DNA from: Clostridia bacterium
GTDB lineage: Bacteria > Bacillota > Clostridia > Christensenellales > UBA1242
NCBI GenBank assembly: GCA_045637805.1
Contig: JAZUAE010000012.1
Location: 64,751 to 128,750 of the forward strand
Length of the DNA: 64,000 bases
Reading direction: 5' to 3'
A program made the translations under genes and the position numbers. The notes beneath the pieces are model-generated. The model was not told the DNA's origin. It saw only the letters and a program-made list of their open reading frames with translations, and did not search any database. Below are positions 1-11,200 of the stretch, piece by piece; positions within the stretch are counted from its first letter, which is position 1, and each line of letters starts with the position of its first letter.

Positions 1-1576
1 TTTTGAAAGAAAAGATGTTATAATTGTTGCTTCGGTGTCTTGTATATATGGTCTTGGTGAGCCTGAAATGTATAAAAAAAGTGTTATTTCGCTCGCACCA
101 GGGTTTACTCTTTCAAGAGAGGAATTGATATCTAGACTGGTGGAAAATCAATATAAAAGAAACGATTTTGCTTTTACTCGTGGTACGTTTAGAGTGCGTG
201 GTGACACAGTGGATATATTCCCAGCCGACATGAGTGAAAAGGCTATTAGAGTTGAATTGTTTGGCGATGAAATTGACGCTCTCAGTGAAATAGAAGTTGT
301 TTCTGGGAAAAAGACTGCTTCTCTTTCGCATTTTGCAGTTTATCCAGCAACACATTATGTTGTTGGTGGAAAAGAGGGTATGGAGCGTATCCTTGAAGAA
401 ATGCAAAGCGATATGGAAAAAGAAGTTAAAGCTTTTGAAGAACGTGGAAAATTGATTGAGGCACAAAGACTTCGTGAGAGAGTTTCTTATGATATTGAGA
501 TGATTCGTGAAATGGGTTATACAAACGGTATTGAAAACTATTCAAGATATTTTGATGGTAGAAGACCGGGTGATACACCATATACCTTATTTGATTATTT
601 TCCAGACGATATGTTATTACTAATAGATGAAAGTCATATAACCATACCGCAGATTCGTGCGATGTATAACGGCGATAGGGCAAGAAAAGACAATTTGGTT
701 GGTTATGGTTTTAGGCTTAAAAGTGCTTATGATAATAGACCTCTTGAGTTTGATGAGTTTGAACGCAAGTGGAGTCAGCTTATTTGTGTTTCTGCAACAC
801 CGGGACCTTACGAAATGCAGCGCGCGGACAATGTAGCTGAGCAAATAATTCGTCCTACAGGCTTAATAGATCCTAAAATAGTTGTTAAGCCTAGCAAAAA
901 CCAGATTGATGATTTAATGAGTGAAATAAATAAAACAATTGAGTCTGGTGGTAGGGCGCTTGTTACTACATTGACCAAGAAAATGGCTGAGAGTTTATCT
1001 CAATACTTGCTTGAGCGTGGCATAAAAACAACATATCTTCATAGTGAAATTGTTGCTCTTGAAAGGCTTGACATTATAAATAAGTTAAGGTCGGGTGAAA
1101 CGGACGTTATTGTGGGCATTAATTTGCTTCGTGAGGGGCTTGATTTGCCTGAGGTTAAACTTGTTGCAATACTAGATGCTGATAAAGAAGGATTCCTCAG
1201 AAGTGAGGGTGCTTTGATCCAGACTATCGGTAGGGCGGCACGAAACGCAGAAGGCAGAGTTATAATGTATGCTGATACTATGACTGATTCGATGAAAAAT
1301 GCAATCAGTGAAACTGAGCGAAGACGTGAAATTCAAAAAGCGTATAATAAAGAGCATGGAATTACGCCTCAAACGATTATAAAAGGAATAAAAAATTCGC
1401 TTGTAATCACAACACCTATTACTGAAAAATATGGTAAACTTACTGAAAAAGAACGCAAGGCAAAAGTGGCGGAGTATGAGAGACTTATGAAGGCTGCTGT
1501 TGAAAAACTTGATTTCGAGTCGGCTATTGTGTATCGTGATAAAATTACAAAACTAGGAGAAAAGAATGGAAAATAG
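1..1576 (+). CDS. uvrB: Excinuclease ABC subunit B (UvrB); 5' end cut by the window edge
   Basis: The frame is open from nt 2 ([19 protein letters not shown]...). Helicase motifs [12 protein letters not shown] and GRAARN are present, with a C-terminal UVR motif ([14 protein letters not shown]). The end overlaps the uvrA start by 11 nt. Confidence 0.95.
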   Translation, partial: FERKDVIIVASVSCIYGLGEPEMYKKSVISLAPGFTLSREELISRLVENQYKRNDFAFTRGTFRVRGDTVDIFPADMSEKAIRVELFGDEIDALSEIEVVSGKKTASLSHFAVYPATHYVVGGKEGMERILEEMQSDMEKEVKAFEERGKLIEAQRLRERVSYDIEMIREMGYTNGIENYSRYFDGRRPGDTPYTLFDYFPDDMLLLIDESHITIPQIRAMYNGDRARKDNLVGYGFRLKSAYDNRPLEFDEFERKWSQLICVSATPGPYEMQRADNVAEQIIRPTGLIDPKIVVKPSKNQIDDLMSEINKTIESGGRALVTTLTKKMAESLSQYLLERGIKTTYLHSEIVALERLDIINKLRSGETDVIVGINLLREGLDLPEVKLVAILDADKEGFLRSEGALIQTIGRAARNAEGRVIMYADTMTDSMKNAISETERRREIQKAYNKEHGITPQTIIKGIKNSLVITTPITEKYGKLTEKERKAKVAEYERLMKAAVEKLDFESAIVYRDKITKLGEKNGK

Positions 1577-4376
1577 TATCAAGATCTTTGGTGCGAAGGA
1601 GAATAACTTAAAAAATATTGACGTGGAGATTCCTCGTAATAAGTTAGTTGTGTTTACTGGACTTTCAGGTTCGGGAAAATCATCGCTAGCTTTTGACACA
1701 CTCTTTGCTGAGTGTCAGCGAAAGTTTATGGAGTCACTTTCAAGCTATGCGCGTCAATTCTTGGGCATGATGAAAAAACCAGATGTTACTAAAATTGTAG
1801 GTACCTCGCCAGCTATTGCTATAGATCAAAAAACAACTTCTTCTAATCCTAGGTCTACAGTTGGAACAATTACTGAAATCTATGATTATCTTAGATTATT
1901 ATATGCGTCAATAGGTAGACCTTACTGTGTAAATTGTGGCAAAGAGATTACTTCTATATCCATTGATAATGTTGTAGATAAAGTTAAATCAGATTGTTTG
2001 GGTAAGAAAATTATTATTATGGCACCAGTTGTACGCAATCGTAAAGGTGAGTATGTTAAACAGTTAGAGGGTTATAGAAAATCAGGATTTGTTAGAGTCA
2101 GGGTAGATGGCGAGGATAGATTGCTGGAAGAAGATATCGTGCTTGACAAGCAGAAAAAACACACGATTGAAGTGGTTGTTGATAGGCTTATAGGAAAGGA
2201 AGATATGGATTCTCGACTTACAAGCTCTATTGAAACAGCTGTGCGTTTGGCTGACGGTTTAGTGCTAGTTTCTATTGATGGCGTTGACAATTTATATTCA
2301 ACAAAGCACGCTTGCTCTGAATGTGGATTTGCTTTCCCAGAGCTTTCACCAAGAATGTTCTCTTTTAATACACCATTCGGTGCTTGTCCAGAATGTACGG
2401 GGCTTGGTAGCAGTTTGGAAGTTGACGAAAAACTTATAATGCCAAATATGGAACTTTCTATTAATCAAGGCGGCGTGAAAGTTCATGGATTTGGTGATGG
2501 CAGCTTTGCAAAAATGTATTTTAGGGCGCTTTCAAAGAAATATAAATTTAGTCTAGACACTCCACTTAAGGATTTGCCTAATGAAATTATAGATATTATT
2601 CTTTATGGAAATGACGGCGAAAAACTTGATCTTAGTTATGAGTCTAAAAATTTCAGCGGAAGTTATAAAGGTTCGTTTGAGGGTGTCGTTAATATAATAA
2701 AACGTAGATACCGTGAATCGTCTAGCGATTATGCCAAAGCTGAAATGGAAAAAGTTATGATAAACAGACCTTGCAAAGCCTGCAAGGGAAGAAGATTGAA
2801 TACTACTGCGCTTTCTGTTAAAATAGGAGGCTTAAATATTGCTGAACTTTGCGATTTGAGTGTTATTAAAATTTCTGCATTCTTTGACGAATTAAAGCTT
2901 ACAAGCAAGGAGACAAAGATTGCAAGCACTCTTCTTCGTGAAATAAACGAACGAATTAAGTTTTTGGTAGATGTGGGGCTTGGATACTTAACACTCTCAC
3001 GTTCTAGTGGTACGCTTTCTGGTGGCGAAGCACAACGCATTAGACTCGCATCGCAAATAGGTAGCGGTCTCGTTGGTGTACTGTATGTTCTTGATGAGCC
3101 AAGTATAGGTCTTCACCCAAGGGATACGGCAAAACTTATTAAATCACTTAAAAAATTGCGTGATTTAGGAAATACTGTTGTCATAGTTGAACATGATGAG
3201 GAAACTATTAGACAAGCAGATTACATCGTAGATATAGGACCTAAAGCGGGTGTACACGGTGGAAAAGTTGTTGCAGCTGGAACGCTTAAAGATATTATGA
3301 GCAATCCAAAGTCTTTAACCGGAAAATATTTATCTGGTGAGCTTGCTATAGATATTCCTCAAAATAGGCGTAAACCAGGTGAAAAATGGCTTAGTATTAT
3401 TGATGCATCGCAAAACAATTTAAAACACGTAAATGTCGAAATTCCACTTGGTTTATTTACTGCTGTTACCGGCATTTCTGGATCGGGTAAGAGTAGTCTT
3501 ATTAATGAATGTTTATATCCAGTGCTTGCAAATAGGTTGAACAGGGCTAGAGTCCCAGAGGGAAAAGTTGCTGAAGTTTGTGGCATTGAACACTTAGACA
3601 AAGTGGTTGTAATTGACCAAACACCTATAGGTAGAACTCCGAGAAGTAACCCTGCAACATATACTGGCGTGTTTACAGCAATTCGTGAACTTTTCGCTTC
3701 AACTCCTGATGCGAAAGAAAGAGGATATACTCCAGGTAGATTTTCGTTTAATGTAGCTGGTGGTAGATGTGAAGATTGTGGTGGTGATGGCTTGCATAAG
3801 ATTGAAATGCATTTTATGCCAGATGTGTATGTAACCTGCGAAACTTGTGGCGGAAAGAGATATAATAGGGAGACGCTAGAAGTAAAATATAAAGGAAAAA
3901 ACATAAGCGACGTCCTAGATATGACCATTGAGGAGGCATTGACATTCTTTGAGAATTTGCCAAGTATTAGAAACAAAATTCAAGCATTATTTGATGTTGG
4001 TCTTGGATATATAAAGCTTGGTCAGCCTGCCACAACATTATCAGGCGGTGAGGCTCAAAGGGTTAAGCTTGCAACTGAGCTTTCAAAGCGTGCAACTGGT
4101 AAAACTATATACATATTAGATGAGCCAACAACTGGATTGCATTCATACGACGTACAAAAATTGATTAATATTCTACAAAAGCTAGTAAATACAGGAAACA
4201 CGGTACTTGTAATCGAACACAATACTGATGTTATTAAAGTCGTAGACTATATTATTGATCTTGGTCCAGAAGGTGGGGATAAAGGCGGCAAAATTGTGGC
4301 AAAAGGTTCACCTGAAGAAATTGCGAAAGTTAAATCTAGTAGTACGGGCGAAGTATTACGTTCAATTTTAAAGTAA
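1566..4376 (+). CDS. uvrA: Excinuclease ABC subunit A (UvrA)
   Basis: 936 aa. Two ABC modules ([18 protein letters not shown]; LSGGEAQR twice) and zinc-finger Cys pairs ([23 protein letters not shown]). AGGAG SD upstream. Confidence 0.97.
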   Translation: MENSIKIFGAKENNLKNIDVEIPRNKLVVFTGLSGSGKSSLAFDTLFAECQRKFMESLSSYARQFLGMMKKPDVTKIVGTSPAIAIDQKTTSSNPRSTVGTITEIYDYLRLLYASIGRPYCVNCGKEITSISIDNVVDKVKSDCLGKKIIIMAPVVRNRKGEYVKQLEGYRKSGFVRVRVDGEDRLLEEDIVLDKQKKHTIEVVVDRLIGKEDMDSRLTSSIETAVRLADGLVLVSIDGVDNLYSTKHACSECGFAFPELSPRMFSFNTPFGACPECTGLGSSLEVDEKLIMPNMELSINQGGVKVHGFGDGSFAKMYFRALSKKYKFSLDTPLKDLPNEIIDIILYGNDGEKLDLSYESKNFSGSYKGSFEGVVNIIKRRYRESSSDYAKAEMEKVMINRPCKACKGRRLNTTALSVKIGGLNIAELCDLSVIKISAFFDELKLTSKETKIASTLLREINERIKFLVDVGLGYLTLSRSSGTLSGGEAQRIRLASQIGSGLVGVLYVLDEPSIGLHPRDTAKLIKSLKKLRDLGNTVVIVEHDEETIRQADYIVDIGPKAGVHGGKVVAAGTLKDIMSNPKSLTGKYLSGELAIDIPQNRRKPGEKWLSIIDASQNNLKHVNVEIPLGLFTAVTGISGSGKSSLINECLYPVLANRLNRARVPEGKVAEVCGIEHLDKVVVIDQTPIGRTPRSNPATYTGVFTAIRELFASTPDAKERGYTPGRFSFNVAGGRCEDCGGDGLHKIEMHFMPDVYVTCETCGGKRYNRETLEVKYKGKNISDVLDMTIEEALTFFENLPSIRNKIQALFDVGLGYIKLGQPATTLSGGEAQRVKLATELSKRATGKTIYILDEPTTGLHSYDVQKLINILQKLVNTGNTVLVIEHNTDVIKVVDYIIDLGPEGGDKGGKIVAKGSPEEIAKVKSSSTGEVLRSILK

Positions 4377-4385
4377 AAGTATAAA

Positions 4386-4412
4386 ATGCTACCAAAGTGG
4401 GTAGCATTTTTT
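4386..4412 (+). terminator. Rho-independent terminator after uvrA
   Basis: Perfect 8-bp stem ATGCTACC/GGTAGCAT (4386-4393 / 4400-4407) followed by a T5 run. Confidence 0.7.
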
Positions 4413-4414
4413 AT

Positions 4415-5140
4415 ATGGCAATTATGTTACTTAGGTCGGTGATAATATATATTTTAGTATTGCTCGTAATTCGTTTTATGGGTAAGCGTCAAGTAGGGGA
4501 AATGCAGCCTTTTGAGCTCGTGATAACCCTTATTATTGCTGACCTTGCTTGTATTCCTATGAGTGAAATATCTGTGCCTTTATTTCATGGAATAGTTCCT
4601 ATTCTATCATTGATGATTTTACACTTTATTATTTGTTTTGTTTCAAGGAAAAGTATTAAGTTTAGGTATCTCATTTCAGGTAGACCTGCTATTGTTATAA
4701 CTCCAAATGGAATCAATTTTAAGGAACTTCAAAAACTCAATATGACCATTGATGATTTGATTGAAGCAATGCGTGGAGCAGGGTATTTTAAAGTGGAAGA
4801 AATTGCCTATGCAATCATTGAAACTAATGGAAGTATGTGTGTTTTGCCAAAGGCTGGTAATACGCCTGTAACTCGCGAAGACCTGAAAATATCGAGCATT
4901 GACAGTGCTATGTCTGTCAATATAGTCCTTGATGGAGTGCTTTTAAAGGAGAATGTTAAACTTGCAAAAGTTGATGAAAAATTCTTTGATGAATGTTACA
5001 GGAAAGCGAATATAAAAAACTATAAGGATATACTATTACTAGCCATTGATAATAATGGTGATTGCTTTTTGCAGCCAAAAAATGATAGTGGATATATAAC
5101 CTTTTCGTATAAAAATTATACGGGAGGTGAAAACTGGTGA
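4415..5140 (+). CDS. DUF421 (YetF-type) membrane protein
   Basis: GKRQVGEMQPFELVITLIIADLA motif with N-terminal TM helices. The GTG at 4397 lies inside the uvrA terminator hairpin, so the ATG at 4415 is preferred. Confidence 0.75.
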   Translation: MAIMLLRSVIIYILVLLVIRFMGKRQVGEMQPFELVITLIIADLACIPMSEISVPLFHGIVPILSLMILHFIICFVSRKSIKFRYLISGRPAIVITPNGINFKELQKLNMTIDDLIEAMRGAGYFKVEEIAYAIIETNGSMCVLPKAGNTPVTREDLKISSIDSAMSVNIVLDGVLLKENVKLAKVDEKFFDECYRKANIKNYKDILLLAIDNNGDCFLQPKNDSGYITFSYKNYTGGENW

Positions 5141-5529
5141 AAAGATGGATAATAATTATTTCCATTGTTTTGATATTGATTGCTGGTTGCATATTTGAAG
5201 GTGTATATACGAATAAATCCTTTGACTATCTAGAAGAACGTTTAGAGGTTGTGGCTTTAACGCTTACAAAAGACAAGGAAAAAATTGACACTCCTGAAAA
5301 TATTAAACTTGTTAAAGACTTGCATCAAGAGTGGCATGAAAGATTGAAGTTTTTAAGAGCATTTATTTGGCATTCAAGCAACAAAGATATTGAAATAGGG
5401 CTAGCACGCGCTGAACAATATATTATTGAAAACAATTATACCGAGGCTGTTGTTGAAATTTATTCACTTATTCATTATTCAAAGCATTATTCGGACGATT
5501 TTAGGGTTTCGTTGGAAAATATTTTTTAA
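5137..5529 (+). CDS. DUF4363-like small membrane-anchored protein
   Basis: Single N-terminal TM. GTGA overlap with the upstream DUF421 gene, its usual partner. GGGAGGTGA SD 6-7 nt upstream of the GTG. Confidence 0.55.
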   Translation: MKRWIIIISIVLILIAGCIFEGVYTNKSFDYLEERLEVVALTLTKDKEKIDTPENIKLVKDLHQEWHERLKFLRAFIWHSSNKDIEIGLARAEQYIIENNYTEAVVEIYSLIHYSKHYSDDFRVSLENIF

Positions 5530-7027
5530 ATCGTTTAGGAAGAATGGCGTCTATTCTAATTAAATCAAATACGAGGGACAATAGGAAAAGTCCTAGAACA
5601 GAGAAGAAGCCTGCAATTAGGCAGCTAATAAACTGACTCATTATGTGAATTAGGCAATTATACAAGAGTCGTGTTATAAGACTTACTGGAAGTGAAATGG
5701 CAATTAAGACAAGTAGTTTTTTTGAAATACCCTCTGGATAAACATTTCGCTTTTTCATCATGCGGAAGTTTAATATTGTTGGGATAATGTATAGGCAAGT
5801 CATACCAAGAATAAGTGCGTCCGTGCCTAAGTATTTAGGTATAAAATATATGCAAAATATTAATACTATAGCACCGACAACATAGTTTTTTAAAGATTTT
5901 ATTTCTAGTCCCACAGCGTTAAGAATAGAAGATGTTATTTGTGAGAGCCCTGCGGGAATCATGATAAATGCGGCGCGTCCTATATAGTATCCTGCACGAT
6001 TGCTAGCAAAGATTATATTACCGATAGGTTCTCCAAGTGCCATAAAACCAGGGAAGAGTAAAAAAGATATAAACATTGCCACAATGGTTGTGGTCTTCAC
6101 CTGTAATTGCAGGCTTGAAAAATCTTTAATAGATGTCTTGTCGTCTATGTTGTTTGTTTGCTTTGAAATTTCAGGAATTACGGCTACTGCTACGCTAGAA
6201 ATCAATGTGCCAGAAATCATAAGCATAGGTAGTGCCATGCCCATGATTACACCAAACTCAGCCAAGGCCTCGCTTTCGCTAAAACCATAGAGCATGAGTC
6301 TAGCAGGGATTAAGAGTGCAATTATGCATTGAACAGCTGACGAGATGGTGCGGACTGCGGTGATGGGTGAGCTTTTCTTCAATAGAGAAAAGGTCTTTTT
6401 GTCAGGCCTTGATGTTTTGTTTCCAAGCGCGTAGTACATTATTGTAACAAATATACTGCTAAGGACAGTGCTTATGGTGAGGGATAATCCAGCTTTCGCG
6501 CCGCTAGTCAAAGATGATGTAAATGCAAACAATATAAAAATAAAAACAATTCTTATTACTTGTTCAAGAAACTCGGAGAAACTAATTATAAAAAAGTTTT
6601 GTGTGCCCCAAAGTGCGCCACGAAATACGGCGTATATGCTTGAAAATACGAGAGCGGGGAGTAGATATAATAGTACATCACCAGTGCCTTCGAGGCCGCT
6701 GATTTTGTCAAATATTTTTGGATAAAGGTAAAACACGACACAAGTAAAAATAGAGATGATAAGAGCAATCACCATGCCCCCAGATACGGTCTTGGCTTGT
6801 TCTTTTTTATTTCCTGATTCATAGGCGACATTTCGTGAAACAATCACTGGTAAACCGCTTGCAACAAGTGTCATTAAAACACCAAAAACTGCCATTGCTA
6901 TTTGATATGTACCTAGTTCTTCGGGGGAAAGAGCTCTAGATAAAACAATACGCAAAACAAACCCAAGTGCGCGGGTTAACACACTGAAAAATGTTACACA
7001 AAAAAAGGCTTTCAGGATTTTTTTCAT
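5501..7027 (-). CDS. MOP-superfamily flippase (SpoVB/MurJ/polysaccharide-biosynthesis type)
   Basis: 508 aa and polytopic (about 14 TM). The N-terminus (FFSVLTRALGFVLRIVLSRALSPEELGTYQIAM) is typical of SpoVB/MurJ-like proteins. The 3' end overlaps the convergent DUF4363 gene by 29 nt. Confidence 0.75.
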   Translation of the reverse strand: MKKILKAFFCVTFFSVLTRALGFVLRIVLSRALSPEELGTYQIAMAVFGVLMTLVASGLPVIVSRNVAYESGNKKEQAKTVSGGMVIALIISIFTCVVFYLYPKIFDKISGLEGTGDVLLYLLPALVFSSIYAVFRGALWGTQNFFIISFSEFLEQVIRIVFIFILFAFTSSLTSGAKAGLSLTISTVLSSIFVTIMYYALGNKTSRPDKKTFSLLKKSSPITAVRTISSAVQCIIALLIPARLMLYGFSESEALAEFGVIMGMALPMLMISGTLISSVAVAVIPEISKQTNNIDDKTSIKDFSSLQLQVKTTTIVAMFISFLLFPGFMALGEPIGNIIFASNRAGYYIGRAAFIMIPAGLSQITSSILNAVGLEIKSLKNYVVGAIVLIFCIYFIPKYLGTDALILGMTCLYIIPTILNFRMMKKRNVYPEGISKKLLVLIAISLPVSLITRLLYNCLIHIMSQFISCLIAGFFSVLGLFLLSLVFDLIRIDAILPKRFKKYFPTKP

Positions 7028-7119
7028 ATTAAATATTACGAGATGCTAGACAGTTTTATGAAATATATTTGCTTTTTAGTTTGGTTTTAGTATAAAATAA
7101 AAGTCGAGGAGAACAACTA

Positions 7120-8253
7120 ATGAAAATACAAATAGAAATCAAAGAAGTTAAAACTAGACGCGATTTTAAAAAATTTGTGCGTTTCCCAAACGAAATATAT
7201 AAAGATTATCCAAACTATGTACCTCCGATTGAACTTGATGAATACAATCTAACAAATCCTAAGAAAAATGCAAGTTTTGAAGAGTCTGAGGCCGTTTATT
7301 ATTTGGCTTACAAACAAGGCAAAATTGTAGGACGTATTGCTGGTATTATTTCTCACCCATATAATGAGAAAAATAATAGCAAGTATGCTAGATTTTCTAG
7401 GTTTGAATGTATTGACGATCAAGAAGTTGCAGATGCTTTAATAAAAACGGTAGAGAAATGGGCAAAAGACAAAGGTATGGATACTGTTCATGGACCACTT
7501 GGCTTTAATGACCTTGAGCGTGAAGGTCTTATGACTGAAGGCTTTGAATATATGGGAACATTCCAAGGCTCATTTAATCCGCCATACTATGCTAAACTTA
7601 TTGAAAACAATGGTTACAGTGTTGATTGCAGGTGGGTAGAATGGAGAATACCTGTACCAGAAACCGTAAATGAAAGAGTTGTAAGAGTCGCAAAAATTGT
7701 TGAAACTAGATATGGTTTTTATGAAAAGAAATTCAAGAATAAAAGAGAAGTTATAAAGAAGTATGGTAAAGCTTTCTTTCATTTACTCGATGAATGTTAC
7801 AAAGACTTGTATGGCACAATTCCTTTCAATGACAAGCTGATTGATCAAACAATAGGCCTTTTCAATTTGGTGCTTGATACCGATTATATTAGTCTTGTTT
7901 TTAATAAAAATGACGAACTTATAGGTTTTGGTCTAGGATACCCATCTCTTGCAGAGGCTATGAGTAAATCTAAAGGAAGATTTATGCCTTTTGGTTGGTT
8001 ACGCATGCTTAAGGCTATAAATAAACCAAAGGTTTTAGAGCTTGCTTTAATTGCTGTTAAACCTGAATATCAGAAGATGGGTGTAACGGCGATTATTATT
8101 AACAATATGCTATCACGCATGATTGAAAATAAAATTATATATGCAGATACTGGAAGTCAGCTTGAAACAAATACTGCGGCTATTGCCAGCCTTGATATGC
8201 TTGAAAGAAAATTAATTCGTAAGAAAGTTTGTTATATCAAAAAACTTAAATAG
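7120..8253 (+). CDS. GNAT-like N-acetyltransferase family protein (function unknown)
   Basis: 377 aa. The N-terminal FKKFVRFPNEIYKDYPNYVPP motif and the C-terminal YQKMGVTAIIINNM acetyl-CoA-like segment resemble a widespread uncharacterised GNAT family. SD GAGGAG. Confidence 0.5.
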   Translation: MKIQIEIKEVKTRRDFKKFVRFPNEIYKDYPNYVPPIELDEYNLTNPKKNASFEESEAVYYLAYKQGKIVGRIAGIISHPYNEKNNSKYARFSRFECIDDQEVADALIKTVEKWAKDKGMDTVHGPLGFNDLEREGLMTEGFEYMGTFQGSFNPPYYAKLIENNGYSVDCRWVEWRIPVPETVNERVVRVAKIVETRYGFYEKKFKNKREVIKKYGKAFFHLLDECYKDLYGTIPFNDKLIDQTIGLFNLVLDTDYISLVFNKNDELIGFGLGYPSLAEAMSKSKGRFMPFGWLRMLKAINKPKVLELALIAVKPEYQKMGVTAIIINNMLSRMIENKIIYADTGSQLETNTAAIASLDMLERKLIRKKVCYIKKLK

Positions 8254-8257
8254 GCAT

Positions 8258-8287
8258 AAAAAAGAAGTGGTGTTACCACTTCTTTTT
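8258..8287. terminator. Bidirectional terminator between convergent genes
   Basis: 9-bp stem AAGAAGTGG/CCACTTCTT (8262-8270 / 8276-8284) flanked by an A-run and a T-run. Confidence 0.7.
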
Positions 8288-8296
8288 ATTTGTTTA

Positions 8297-11200
8297 TTAT
8301 ACGAAACCGCCTTTGTCTGCGTCGTTTTTAGCTTTGCGTTTAGATACTGGTTTGCCGTCTTTATTGTATGTTATAATATCAGCTTTGTTTGTACCAACTA
8401 CGCGTTTTTTGATAGGGTGTTTCTTAGCAAATGTTGCTACAAGTGCAACAACGATTGCTGCAACTAATAGAAGACTTGATAGTATATAGAAGAATATTGC
8501 AAGTGTTCCATTGTTGTCTTCAGGCTCCGGAGTTGATTTTTCTTTCTCTTCAGCCTCAACATAGTAATCTTTGATATAGTTTTCAGCGTCTTCAGTTACG
8601 CCATTGATAGCTGCTGTGTATGCCGCTTCGTCAGCAAGCTTTGTAAGTGCAATGTCTGCAATGAGTGCATAACCTTTACCTGTAAGCTCAAAACCTACAT
8701 AAGTGCTTGGAATGGTATTGGTAGAACTTGTGCGAATGTATACGCTGTATGTTCTAAATCCATCGTCTTCATTTTTTGTACTATCTTTTGTTGTGTCAAC
8801 ATTTGAGATTGCGATAGCAAGTGAGTTGATTTTTATTGTCAATCCTTTGCCATCTTCAAGCTGAGATGTTTTAACTTTGAATGTTAATGTATAGAATGAA
8901 GATTTTGATAGAGAATGAACAATGTTAGGTGTTATGGTTGAAACCATTTCACTTGAAGTGTTTTCAATGAAAAGCACTTTATTTGAAATGTTATCATTTG
9001 GTGTAAGGTCGTCGATTGAGAGTGTTTGACCACCAGCTGTTGTGAATGTTTTATTTGTGAAGATGATATCAACAGTTCCTTGTACGGTTTCGTCTTTTTC
9101 ATCTAATTCTTCTAGTTTGTAATTAAGAGATTCGTAGCGGTCAGTTGTAATTTCTTTTCCATATTCAGTGAATGATTCACTCATGAAATCGAGGAAGTAT
9201 GTATTTACGCCAGGATTTTTCATTGCTTCTGCGAATTGTTCGTCATCACTCTTTATAACAGGTTTATTATCTGCCTCTTTTATGTCAGCGATTATAATAT
9301 GGCGAACATCTTTAACAAACATTGTGCCTTCAAGTTCAGTGAATGCGAGTTTAAATTTTAAGCTTCTGTCTGTGTCGTCAACGCGAACATAGATGGCATA
9401 AGTTGTCCAAGTTCCTTTTGTGTTGAAACTATGATCAATGGTTGTTGTTACAATTTCATCTGATCCAAGACCAAGTGATGCAACAACTTTGCCGCTTGCA
9501 TTAGCGTCAGCATAAACACTAAAGAATATTTTGTATACAGTTGAAGATTTTAAGGTGAATGATGCAGAAGTCATTGTAAACACAGAATCTGCATCTGGAG
9601 CATAGATGGCGTAAACATTTGTTCTAGCAGATGATAGGTTAGGGTTGGTTACGCCGCCGATAACTGAGCTATCCCATTGTTCAGTTGTAGCTGAACCATT
9701 TACCCAAGTATCGATTGTTGTAGGAACAATACCTTTAACAATAGACTTTGTATTGTCTGATCCAAAAGTCCAGTTGCTTGAAGTTGGGGTGGCGTATGGT
9801 GCAGATTGAGATGAGATATCATCGTTTGTTTCAATAGTTGTAAAGAAACCGTTTGTGATGCCTGATGCTGGCATGCTAGTGCTTAGTGCAAGATCAATTT
9901 GTTTTGTTGAACCGCCACTTGAGTATGCACTAGAAGAAATTTGTTCAACTTTAATATTGTCCACATAAATTGTACTCTTGCTATCTGCGAGGATTGCAAG
10001 GTATGCATTGTAATCATGATATGCATTGCCCTTTACATAGAATATAACTTCCATCCAGTTATTTGTAGCGTCACTAGTAGTTTGATGTGGTTTGATTGGT
10101 TGAGCTTTGATGATATGAGAATCGCCAGTACCTATTTTAATATCAGAATACATTTTAACTGTGGCAGAAGCGTTCTCGTCAGTTGCTTTTAGCCACAAGC
10201 TTACTCGATAGTATCCGAGTTGATTTATTTTAATTGCGTTTGTAGAATATCCAAGAGATAGGGAGGCTGATGAGTTAACCAGTTTTAAAATATAGTTATT
10301 AGGATTAAATGTGTCTGGCGCAGGAACTACAGGATCTGTACCTGTTTGAAACTCTTCCGACTCTTTAACAACATCTTGTGAAATTTTAGATGTTGCAGCT
10401 GTATAAGCTTTCACATATTCGTTATATTTTCCAGCTGTAAGTGTTGTTGTGGAATCGTCTGCCGTGTTTAATGGAATATATGATGTCCATTTGGTTTTTG
10501 ATTCCTCAGTAAAGTCTGAGTCTTTTCTATAAAGAGAAGATAGTGTTGTTGAGTTGAAATCCTCATTCATAGCACCGTTTACAACAGAACCTTCAACTTC
10601 AATCCTTGGAGAGTATGCTGAAACAGTTGCATCAGTGCTTGTGTACATGTATCCGTCAACTTTGTTGTCTGAAAGGATAGCGTTTAAAACCTCTGCAGAG
10701 TCGTCAGCTTTTTTATTTTCGCCATCTATAGGGTCAGTTCCATTGATTGTTCTTTGATTGAAGTCGGTTTGGTTGATTGTCTTTACAACAATATCATCAA
10801 GAATTGCGAAACCTGTGTGTGAAGCATTTTCTGAAAGCTTAGAAGATGTGCCGAGGTAATAATAAATATTAGCGGTTGTTGGGTCTTTACCATCGCTCTT
10901 ACCTGCAATGAAGATTGTGTAAAAATGCCATTTGCTTTCTGTTTCGATTTCCTCAGTTGCCTTATAGTTTGTGCCTTTGATTTGAATTTCAGCTTTTGTG
11001 CCAACAGGGGTGAATGCCCAGAATGTTACAACATAGTAAGCGTTGTTGTTTATTTTAAAGTTTGGGCTTTTGAAGCCATAATAAATATCGACATCGTGTG
11101 TCTTTTCAACATATTTCTTTAAATATGCGTTGTACTCGTTAGAACCATAAGTTTCCTCAACAGTTTGTTTTTCTTCAGCTGTAAGTTCACTATATTGATC

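Noticed and set aside
3359-3976. A 205-aa minus-strand ORF inside uvrA. Similar long antisense ORFs occur at 12259-12630, 12824-13309, 14806-15195, 21926-22372, 38474-38857, 43297-43716 and 49031-49408.
   Set aside because: All lie entirely within confidently identified or much longer sense-strand genes. They have low-complexity or Ser/Leu/Phe-rich translations typical of shadow ORFs in AT-rich DNA, and they lack SD sequences. I treat them as artefacts.
8267-8467. A 66-aa plus-strand ORF downstream of the GNAT gene, and a 65-aa ORF at 11798-11995.
   Set aside because: The first starts inside the bidirectional terminator and overlaps the 3' end of the 1150-aa gene on the other strand. The second overlaps the TSUP gene start in another frame. 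Neither has an SD or a recognisable motif.
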